Below are positions 1 to 8,351 of a stretch of DNA of 64,000 nucleotides, one piece after another. The notes under the pieces were generated by a model, which saw only the letters and a program-made list of their open reading frames with translations, made no database searches and was not told the DNA's origin. The DNA is from an uncultured cyanobacterium (GTDB taxonomy: Bacteria > Cyanobacteriota > Cyanobacteriia > Cyanobacteriales > Cyanobacteriaceae): NCBI GenBank assembly GCA_963749915.1, contig CAVVOP010000021.1, forward strand, positions 714,107 through 778,106. The letters run 5' to 3'. How positions within the stretch are numbered: the stretch's first letter is position 1; every line of letters starts with the position of its first letter. A program made the translations under genes and the position numbers.

Positions 1-216
1 TTTGGCGAAGATCCTGCGACTTCTGTACTCGATCTCAATTGCCGCACCCACGATGTCGATAACCTTTACGTTGTGGATGGAAGTTTTTTCCCTTCCAGTG
101 CCGCTTTGAACCCAACGCTGACCATTATTGCCAATGCCATTAGGGTGGGAGAACACCTGCTCGACAGGATGCGTTGCTCCGAGCGTGCATCCCTAAATAA
201 CTATCAGTCCGTATAG
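1..216 (+). CDS. GMC family oxidoreductase, C-terminal end (gene starts before window)
   Basis: Frame 1 reads FGEDPATSVLDLNCRTHDVDNLYVVDGSFFPSSAALNPTLTIIANAIRVGEHL...*, the canonical GMC_oxred_C motif. Confidence 0.9.
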   Translation, partial: FGEDPATSVLDLNCRTHDVDNLYVVDGSFFPSSAALNPTLTIIANAIRVGEHLLDRMRCSERASLNNYQSV

Positions 217-249
217 ACATCCACATCAACAATAGTCGGAGCAAAATTT

Positions 250-1416
250 ATGATATTTGATTGGTTAATTGTAGGAGCAGGATATTCAGCTTGTGTTCTA
301 GCCGAGCGAATTGCGACTCAACTGGGACAGAGGGTATTGATCGTTGAACGGCGAGATCATATTGGTGGCAATGCTTACGATTATTACAATGAGCATGGCA
401 TCCTGGTTCATAAATACGGTCCTCACATCTTTCATACCAAGTCTAAAAAAGTCTGGGATTATCTCTCTCAATTCACAGAATGGAGACACTACCATCATCA
501 TGTATTGGGAGTAGTAGAAGGAAAGAAAGTTCCCATTCCTTTTAATCTCAATTCCCTATACGCCCTTTTTCCGCCAAAGTACGCAGAAAGGCTGGAAAAT
601 TTACTGCTAGAAAACTTCGGTTTTGGAGTAAAAGTACCTATTTTAAAACTGCGGGAAAGTACCAGTGGAGATTTAAGTTTTCTCGCTGATTACATTTATG
701 AAAATATCTTCCTTCGCTACACCATGAAGCAATGGGGAGTTAAACCAGAAGAACTGGATCGTGGCGTAACGGGGCGCGTACCAGTTTATCTCAGTCGGGA
801 TAATCGTTATTTTCAAGACCCTTACCAAGCAATGCCCAAGCTTGGCTACACGGAAATGTTCCGGCGAATGCTGGCTCATCCCAATATCAAGGTGTTGCTT
901 AATACCGATTACCGCGAAATCATTAAAGATGTCAAGTTTAATCGGCTAGTTTGTACCGGACCAATCGATACTTTCTTCGACTATATGTATGGGGAATTGC
1001 CCTATCGCAGTCTGCACTTTCAATTCGAGACTTTAGATCAAGAGCAATATCAAGAAGTGGGTACAGTTAACTACCCCAATGACTACGATATCACCCGCAT
1101 TACTGAACAAAAGTATTTGTCAGGACAAACTTCTCCCAAAACTACCTTGGTCAGGGAGTATCCCCAGGCTTATGTACCGGGTCAAAATGACCCCTATTAT
1201 CCCATCTTGAATGAGGACAACCGCGATCGCCTGAATCTTTACCTCAAAGAAGTAGAAAACCTCAGGGGTACGGTCTTGTTTGCCGGAAGACTGGCAGACT
1301 ACAAGTATTACGACATGGATCAAGCCGTCATTCGAGCTTTAGGGTTGTTTGAAAAAGAAATAGCCCGGCCAACTCAGTTAGAACGAAGTAAACGAAGAGA
1401 GCTAATTTCTGTTTAA
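250..1416 (+). CDS. glf: UDP-galactopyranose mutase
   Basis: IVGAG FAD motif, HIGGNAYD, HKYGPHIFHT, PYRSL, GRLADYKYYDMDQ. Confidence 0.97.
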   Translation: MIFDWLIVGAGYSACVLAERIATQLGQRVLIVERRDHIGGNAYDYYNEHGILVHKYGPHIFHTKSKKVWDYLSQFTEWRHYHHHVLGVVEGKKVPIPFNLNSLYALFPPKYAERLENLLLENFGFGVKVPILKLRESTSGDLSFLADYIYENIFLRYTMKQWGVKPEELDRGVTGRVPVYLSRDNRYFQDPYQAMPKLGYTEMFRRMLAHPNIKVLLNTDYREIIKDVKFNRLVCTGPIDTFFDYMYGELPYRSLHFQFETLDQEQYQEVGTVNYPNDYDITRITEQKYLSGQTSPKTTLVREYPQAYVPGQNDPYYPILNEDNRDRLNLYLKEVENLRGTVLFAGRLADYKYYDMDQAVIRALGLFEKEIARPTQLERSKRRELISV

Positions 1417-1465
1417 CTCGCCAAAACCTATCGAGATTTAACTATCAAGAATAAGAAAAACTGTC

Positions 1466-2383
1466 ATGAAACAACCACAAGCTATTTTAAATAAGCAACG
1501 TCTCGACTGTCCGATCTGTAATTATCACGTCGATCCGAACAATGAATCGGCATTTGTTACTTTCTCCTGCAACCTGAGAGCCTTTGCCGATGAAAAATTT
1601 AGGGTTTGGCGATGTCCCGATTGCCAGACAATTCACTGTTTAGATGTGGTCGATCTGGACTACTACTACTCAAAATACCCCTATGGTGAGTTAGCTTTAA
1701 CACCACCATTACGTCTCGTTTATCAGAATCTATATCGACGGCTTGCCAAACATGGATTTTCCCAGAATCATTCACTGCTCGATTATGGCTGTGGCAAGGG
1801 CTTGTTTATTCAATATCTGCGAGAGCGCGGCTTTAAAAATTGCCACGGATATGATCCCTATGGACCCCCAGAAGATTTCGGCGATCCGTCAACTCTCCAA
1901 TGGGGTCAATTTGATTATATATTACTTTCCGATGTAATCGAACACGTTGAAGATCCTTACTCCCTCTTAGCTAAGTTAGACGGTCTCCTCGCCCCTGGCG
2001 GTCAGATTCTGATTGGTACGCCCAATGCAGCCAATATCGACCTGTCCCAGCCCGACCTATCCGATTATTATAACGAAGTTCACGTTCCCTATCACCTTCA
2101 TATCTACACTCGCCAATCAATTGAAGCCCTGGGCAATGGCCAGGGCTGGAAGCCTATTGATTTCTTCGAGCGAGCCTACTACGACGTACCTTGGTTGGGT
2201 TTGAATGCTCGTGCCTGGAATCAATACCAACGCCTCTGCGATGGCACAATTAATGCCGTTGTCGAAGACGCGATCGAGCTAGGGAAAGCATTAACTTCTT
2301 ACAAGTTCATCTTTTATGCAATTTTCGGCTATTGGTTGAGTTTGCGAACGGGGATGGATATTGTGTTTCGCAAAAGTAATTAA
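1466..2383 (+). CDS. Class I SAM-dependent methyltransferase with N-terminal Cys pairs
   Basis: LLDYGCGKG motif I, DVIEHVEDP, LAPGG; CPIC and CPDC pairs. Confidence 0.9.
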   Translation: MKQPQAILNKQRLDCPICNYHVDPNNESAFVTFSCNLRAFADEKFRVWRCPDCQTIHCLDVVDLDYYYSKYPYGELALTPPLRLVYQNLYRRLAKHGFSQNHSLLDYGCGKGLFIQYLRERGFKNCHGYDPYGPPEDFGDPSTLQWGQFDYILLSDVIEHVEDPYSLLAKLDGLLAPGGQILIGTPNAANIDLSQPDLSDYYNEVHVPYHLHIYTRQSIEALGNGQGWKPIDFFERAYYDVPWLGLNARAWNQYQRLCDGTINAVVEDAIELGKALTSYKFIFYAIFGYWLSLRTGMDIVFRKSN

Positions 2384-2418
2384 TCAAAAGACTCTTAATT
2401 TAAATAAGGAATTTATTT

Positions 2419-3645
2419 ATGAACATATCCCAATCATCTCCTCCAAAAGAAAAATTTGTAATTAACGTCATCACCGGACAGGGTGGTGGCGGGCATTACG
2501 CCAGCTATCATGCCATCCGCGCTATTGCCGAGCAACAAAAACTACCTTGGCATTTCCAAGTTACTGACATGGATGAAATCATCGCCAACTTAGCACGACA
2601 AAATCAGGTGAAAAACGCTTATGAAATGTTGGGGTTTTCCGGGCATGACCTCTATAATCTGATGCAAAAAAGTGGTTGGACATGGCTTTGGCCCTTAAAG
2701 ATGCGCCTGAATAAATTTTTGGTCAAACTCAATTACGATGTCGGTGTCAAGATTTTTGAGGAATACTGGCGTGAGCAACAGCCCGATTTAGTTGTCTCTG
2801 TAATGCCTTTATACAATAAAGGACTCTCGGAAAGTTTAGAAAAAGCAAAACCAGGAACTCCTTATGTAACTGTTCCCGTAGATTTTGCCGACTATCCACC
2901 GGCATTTTGGCTCGAGCCAGAAGCTAATAATTACACGGTCTGTGGTACGGAAAAAGCTGTTGAGCAAGCGCGATCCCTGGGAGTAAAAGAGGAGCTAATC
3001 GTTCCATCTTCAGGCATGGTAATTCATCCTCGTTTCTACGAACCCCTAGAAGGCGATCGTCGTGGCGAAAGAGAACGTTTGGGTTTAGATCCTAACTGTT
3101 TAACGGGAATTGCCATGTTTGGGGGTAACGGCTCTAAAACAATGTTAGAAATTGCCAACCGTCTGGAGTCCTTTGGGGACAAGCTACAACTGATATTCCT
3201 TTGCGGACGCAATCAAGAACTGGCGTCAACTTTACGCCAATATCAAGGTATTCAGAAACGGTTTATCACTACTTTTACCGCAGACGTCCCTTATTATATG
3301 CACCTTGGTGATTTCTTTATCGGCAAACCAGGACCTGGGAGTCTTAGCGAAGCATTGGCAATGAAGTTACCAGTGATTACAGAATGCAATGCTTCGACCC
3401 TTATTCACGAGCGATATAACGCCGAATGGGTTCGGGAGAAAGGAGTAGGATTAGTTGTTCGCAATTTTCGCCAGATCGAAAAGGCGATGGCGCAGTTTTT
3501 AGAGCCAGAAACTTTTGCTCAATATAGAGCCAATGTTGCAGCATTGAACAACCGCGGGGTATTTGAAGTTGCTGCTTTTTTACAAAAGATTTTGGCTACT
3601 AGAGACAAAAAAATAAAAGTCACAGAACTCCTAAAGCAAAATTAG
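2419..3645 (+). CDS. GT28 glycosyltransferase, MGDG synthase/UgtP-like (paralogue 1)
   Basis: GGGGH N-terminal motif, GMVIHPRF, MFGGNG, CGRN, GKPGPGSLSEA, ERYNA. Confidence 0.88.
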   Translation: MNISQSSPPKEKFVINVITGQGGGGHYASYHAIRAIAEQQKLPWHFQVTDMDEIIANLARQNQVKNAYEMLGFSGHDLYNLMQKSGWTWLWPLKMRLNKFLVKLNYDVGVKIFEEYWREQQPDLVVSVMPLYNKGLSESLEKAKPGTPYVTVPVDFADYPPAFWLEPEANNYTVCGTEKAVEQARSLGVKEELIVPSSGMVIHPRFYEPLEGDRRGERERLGLDPNCLTGIAMFGGNGSKTMLEIANRLESFGDKLQLIFLCGRNQELASTLRQYQGIQKRFITTFTADVPYYMHLGDFFIGKPGPGSLSEALAMKLPVITECNASTLIHERYNAEWVREKGVGLVVRNFRQIEKAMAQFLEPETFAQYRANVAALNNRGVFEVAAFLQKILATRDKKIKVTELLKQN

Positions 3646-3659
3646 TTAATTTAATCTCG

Positions 3660-4571
3660 ATGAATGATTTGAATCCATTAAACTCGTTTTTTTTCGATCA
3701 TAAAGCTCCGACTTATTTGATAGCACTTATTCTGGAAGTAATTATTCTTTATCCTTTATTTGGTTTCTTTAAATGGTCTCTGCTTTCTAGAATGAAAATG
3801 CCTTTGACTGAACGAAAACTGATTTTCTCCAATCGCAGAAAATACTTTGAACTAAAATATTTTATTAATAGATATGGCGATAGAAATCTGAGAATTGTAG
3901 ATGGTCTTTCTCGCAAGCTGCTTCATATAGCCACAGGTCTTTGGCAGTTGGCAATCTTGAATTTATTGATTAAAGATACTTATGTAGCCTTTAAAGTTAC
4001 ATTGACTTATCAAATTACTATGGTTTTTCTGAGTATAGTCAGCTATTCATCCAACAAGATCATCGGCTTGGCTGGATTATTGTATGGTGCCTCCAGTCGA
4101 ATTCGGGATGGGGTCTATGGTAGAAAAAATCTCTTAGTGGCTCGATTATCATTTCTGAATTTATTACCATTAATGTTCATAGACTCCCTGGCTAGAAACC
4201 AGGTGTCAGATCCAATTAACCTAGTATTTTTTTCATTTTTTATATTTTTGCCTTTAACCATTGGTGATGCTTTAGGTGAAATCATCGGAACTATATGGGG
4301 AAAGCAAAAACTCCACGTCTGGGGGGTAGGTGAAATTAATCGCAAATCTCTACTGGGAACAGCTTCTGTTTTTCTTGGGAGTTTATTGCCTCTGTTGTTA
4401 ATAGTTTTTTTTAATGGTTTGCCTTGGTCATGGTGGCTAATGTGTCTGTCTATTGCCATCATAACTACTATAGTTGAACTGATTAGTCCCAGAGGAACAG
4501 ATAACTTTTTTATCCCTTTAGGTAATGCTTTAGTTTGCCTAATTTTTGTCAATGGGTTCGCCGCTATATAG
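3660..4571 (+). CDS. Phytol/dolichol kinase-like membrane protein (CTP_transf_1 superfamily)
   Basis: Hydrophobic protein with RKLLHIATG, GDALGEIIGTIWG, KSLLGT and GTDNFFIP motifs. Confidence 0.75.
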   Translation: MNDLNPLNSFFFDHKAPTYLIALILEVIILYPLFGFFKWSLLSRMKMPLTERKLIFSNRRKYFELKYFINRYGDRNLRIVDGLSRKLLHIATGLWQLAILNLLIKDTYVAFKVTLTYQITMVFLSIVSYSSNKIIGLAGLLYGASSRIRDGVYGRKNLLVARLSFLNLLPLMFIDSLARNQVSDPINLVFFSFFIFLPLTIGDALGEIIGTIWGKQKLHVWGVGEINRKSLLGTASVFLGSLLPLLLIVFFNGLPWSWWLMCLSIAIITTIVELISPRGTDNFFIPLGNALVCLIFVNGFAAI

Positions 4572-4622
4572 GGGCTAATACAATACTGCTCGGTTAGTTC
4601 CAAAAAGATTACTGTGAGGGAA

Positions 4623-4670
4623 AAGTAATAAGTAATAAGTAATAAGTAATAAGTAATAAGTAATAAGTAA
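4623..4670. repeat. Heptamer tandem repeat (AAGTAAT)x~7, STRR-like, following a MITE-type end CAATACTGCTCGGTT at 4581
   Basis: Directly visible in the sequence. Confidence 0.95.
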
Positions 4671-4707
4671 GTAGTATAAAAATCAGGCGTCCATCGGGAA
4701 TGAAAAC

Positions 4708-5943
4708 ATGACTATTGAAATCAAATCTAAACAAAAGTTTTTGATTAATGTTGTTACCGGCAAAGGTGGTGGTGGTCATTACGCCACTTATCATGCCATC
4801 CGTGCCCTTACCCAGCAGAAACAACTACCTTGGCGTTTCCAAGTCACCGATATGGACGACATTATGGCAAGCATGACAGAGGAAAAAAAGGTAGTAAATG
4901 CTTACAGCCCATTGGGATTCTCTGTACATGACTTGTACAACCTAATGCTGAAAAGCGGTTGGACGTGGCTTTGGCCGTTGCAGATGCGCCTCAATAAGCT
5001 CCTCGTTAAACTCAATTACGATGCTGGAGTCAAGTTTTTTGAGCAATACTGGTGCGAGCATCAACCTGACATGGTAATTTCCGTCGTGACTATGTGCAAT
5101 CAAGTTTTATCAGACGCATTACAGAGAGTTAAACCTGGTACGCCTTATGTAACCATCCCTATCGATTTTGCTGATTATCCGCCGGGGTTTTGGTTTGAGC
5201 CAGCAACTAATAATTATACGGTTTGTGCCACTGAAAAGGCACTCGAACAAGCGCGATCGCTCGGGGTGAAAGAAGAGCTAATCTTCCCCACTTCCGGGAT
5301 GGTAATTCACCCTCGTTTTTATGAACCGATGGATTGCGATCGCGCTACCGAAAGACAAAAATTGGGTTTAGACCCAGACTGTTTGACTGGAATTGTCATG
5401 TTTGGTGGTAATGGCTCGCAAGTAATGGTCAAAATAGCTAGGGTTTTGCAGCATTTTGGCGAAAAACTACAACTAATTTTTCTGTGCGGACGCAATCAGG
5501 AACTAGCAGAAATTTTAGCTAACAATCAAGGTTGTCAAAAAAGATTTGTGGCTACCTTCACTACAGATGTTCCTTACTATATGCATCTTGCCGATTTCTT
5601 CATCGGGAAACCAGGACCGGGAAGTCTTAGCGAAGCTTTAGCTATGAAGTTGCCAATAATCACCGAATGCAATGCTTCTACTCTAATTCATGAAAAATAC
5701 AATACCGAGTGGGTTCAAGAAAAGCAAGTCGGTTTGGTACTGCCTAATTTTCGCCAGATAGATCATGCCGTCGAACAGTTTTTGCAGCCGGAAACCTTTG
5801 CTCGTTACCAAGCTAATGTCGCTGATGTAAACAATCGCGCTGTGTTTGAGGTAGCCGATCTCTTACAGGAAATTCTTGCAAATCACTACCAGCCAGTATT
5901 GTCGGAAACCCTCAGGCAAATACTTCAAGTGGGCTACCCATGA
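4708..5943 (+). CDS. GT28 glycosyltransferase, MGDG synthase/UgtP-like (paralogue 2)
   Basis: Same motifs as 2419..3645 and colinear with it over the full length. Confidence 0.88.
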   Translation: MTIEIKSKQKFLINVVTGKGGGGHYATYHAIRALTQQKQLPWRFQVTDMDDIMASMTEEKKVVNAYSPLGFSVHDLYNLMLKSGWTWLWPLQMRLNKLLVKLNYDAGVKFFEQYWCEHQPDMVISVVTMCNQVLSDALQRVKPGTPYVTIPIDFADYPPGFWFEPATNNYTVCATEKALEQARSLGVKEELIFPTSGMVIHPRFYEPMDCDRATERQKLGLDPDCLTGIVMFGGNGSQVMVKIARVLQHFGEKLQLIFLCGRNQELAEILANNQGCQKRFVATFTTDVPYYMHLADFFIGKPGPGSLSEALAMKLPIITECNASTLIHEKYNTEWVQEKQVGLVLPNFRQIDHAVEQFLQPETFARYQANVADVNNRAVFEVADLLQEILANHYQPVLSETLRQILQVGYP

Positions 5944-6060
5944 TGACGTAATCGCTCCGGATTTTCCCCTCAAGTGCGTTGAGGTACTCGAACGAGATCC
6001 TTCCGTGGTCTTGTGTCACTTCCAGACAAATTGTGCTAGGACAAGTTTTTAGGTGTAACT

Positions 6061-7626
6061 ATGAAATCAATTCAAAAAAAACAAATCGAGAACCAAAAAA
6101 CAATAACGCAGACCAAACAAAATCGTTTCAAAGTGCTCACGCTATCGGCGATGTGTTTGACACTTTTCATGACTAATCTCAATGATACGGTTATGAATGT
6201 GGCACTTCCCCAAATTCAAATAATTTTGGGTTCTAATGTGTCGGGATTACAATGGATTCTCAACGCCTACACCCTAACGGCAGCTAGTCTCATGCTGCCA
6301 AGTGGAACCTTGGGAGATATTTATGGACGCAAGCGAGTTTTTCTGATGGGACTGGTAATTTTTACCATTGCTTCTCTAGCCTGCGGACTCGCTCCCAATT
6401 TGGCCACTTTGATTGTCGGACGAATGCTCCAAGGAATAGGTGCTGCTGCCTTAATCCCAACTTCTCTGGCCATCCTCACCGATACTTTCCCCGAACCGAC
6501 GGAGAAAACTAAAGCGATTGGTGTTTGGTCTGCGGTGTCAGGAATTGCTCTGGTTCTAGGTCCGGTGTTTGGTGGAGTCCTGGTAGATAATTTGGGATGG
6601 CAGAGCGTGTTCTTTCTTAATCTACCCCTAGGTGCGCTCGCTTTTTGGGTGAGTTGTCGTTTTGTTGGGAAAGGTAGACATCCCAGTCAGCAAAGTATAG
6701 ATTTACTAGGTATCTTGCTGAGTGTCGGCTTACTAGCTTCGGTTACCTATGTTCTGACGGAGGGAAATACGTCGGTTGGGCGATCGCTCTGGCTATTAGC
6801 AATTGCTATCTTTAGTTTGCTAGCATTTCTGTTGGTTGAGTCCCACAGTCGTCACCCGATGTTGCCCCTCAAGCTGTTCCAAAAACCAGCATTTGCTGTA
6901 GTTAATCTGGTCAATATTCTGGTATTTTTTACTTTCCTGAGCTTAATCTTCATTTTTAGTCTTTTCCTGCAGCAAGTACAGGGATATTCAGCTACGGCAG
7001 CAGGAATGCGCTTTTTGCCCCTGAATGGAGCCTTTGTGAGCGCCTTGCTCGTTTCTGGATGGTTTGCAGCTCGGCTCGGCTGGCGTTTTACGATCGCAGC
7101 AGGATTGATGCTGGCGAGCGTAGCGACCTTTTCTTTTATCCGCATCGGTGCCAATACCGAGTATGGAGTAATGTGGGCGGGGCTGGTTCTCTCAGGTTTT
7201 GGCGGTGGATTGACTCTGGCACCCTTAGCAACGGTAGCTTTAAGTTCTGTACTCCCAACTCAAGTGGGAATTGCTTCCGCCTTACTCAACGTCACCACCC
7301 GTTTCGGTGGTGTTTTGGGAATTGCCCTCCAGGGCAAGATTCTTTCTCAAAGGCTCACCTTAGACTTGACCAGATCTCTCTCTGATTGGAACTTGCCCTC
7401 TACCTTGCAAGAGCGATTAATCGCCGCTGCTTTGCATGGCGGTTCCAAAGTTCCCAATGCCCTTCCCCTGAGCATTTCTCCCTCAGTTTGGCATCAAGCC
7501 TTTAGTCAAGCATTTGTGTCGGGGTTACATGCTGCTATTTTAATCGCCAGTGTTGTTCTCTTAGTTGGAGCATTTTTAATTCTGGTGTTTGTACCACCGA
7601 TGCTGAAGGAGCGATCCCAGGTTTGA
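6061..7626 (+). CDS. MFS efflux transporter, DHA2 (EmrB/QacA) family
   Basis: NDTVMNVALP, GDIYGRKR, GRMLQGIG, WQSVFFLNLP; about 14 hydrophobic segments. Confidence 0.93.
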   Translation: MKSIQKKQIENQKTITQTKQNRFKVLTLSAMCLTLFMTNLNDTVMNVALPQIQIILGSNVSGLQWILNAYTLTAASLMLPSGTLGDIYGRKRVFLMGLVIFTIASLACGLAPNLATLIVGRMLQGIGAAALIPTSLAILTDTFPEPTEKTKAIGVWSAVSGIALVLGPVFGGVLVDNLGWQSVFFLNLPLGALAFWVSCRFVGKGRHPSQQSIDLLGILLSVGLLASVTYVLTEGNTSVGRSLWLLAIAIFSLLAFLLVESHSRHPMLPLKLFQKPAFAVVNLVNILVFFTFLSLIFIFSLFLQQVQGYSATAAGMRFLPLNGAFVSALLVSGWFAARLGWRFTIAAGLMLASVATFSFIRIGANTEYGVMWAGLVLSGFGGGLTLAPLATVALSSVLPTQVGIASALLNVTTRFGGVLGIALQGKILSQRLTLDLTRSLSDWNLPSTLQERLIAAALHGGSKVPNALPLSISPSVWHQAFSQAFVSGLHAAILIASVVLLVGAFLILVFVPPMLKERSQV

Positions 7627-8351
7627 ATTGAGATCATTGAGTATTGTGGATTAAACTCAGCAATTCTATAAAGTAAAGAGACAAACAAAATTGTTTGAGA
7701 AAAGGAGAAAATGTGACACAAAATACTTGACAAAACTTTCCGGAAGAATTAGTATTTAGTGAGTATTTTCACTTATTCCTCTAAACAACAAATTAAATAT
7801 GGTTCCAACAGAAGAACTTTCACGAAAAGGAGATTAGAAATCGTGCAGCAAACATCTAATTCTATCCCCTTACCTTCCTTGATTCCGAATCAAAATAAAT
7901 CAAAAACACATCCGGCAATTATGACACGTATCAGAAAATTTTATCGAACTTCGTAAAATTTCTTAACAATCAAAACAGCTACGAGAACACCGATTCACTA
8001 TTTAATATTTTCTTAATGTTATGCAATGAACAAGTGCTGAAACTCATATTTTTTGCGTTACATTCTTTGTTTTGTAGTATACAAAAATGTTTATTTAATT
8101 GGTGTTCTAGAAGGTTTTATTAATCACCACTATGGTTAATTTTGGTACAAAATAATATTCTCCAAAAGTTGCCAAAGGACGAAAGGTACGTTACTTATTT
8201 AGGGGCTCTTTAATCTTTAGAAAACCTCTTTTTTTAGTGCGGTAATGGGTGCACCCAGAAATCTTCCTTTCCCTCTTGCTCAACTTGGAGACTTTTTGTG
8301 CAACATTTTTCTGAAAAAAAATAGTAAAACATCTACAAAAAGTAAACAATA

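Noticed and set aside
4623..4670. Tandem repeat as a possible CRISPR array
   Set aside because: Pure 7-mer repeat without spacers; no cas genes; typical cyanobacterial STRR
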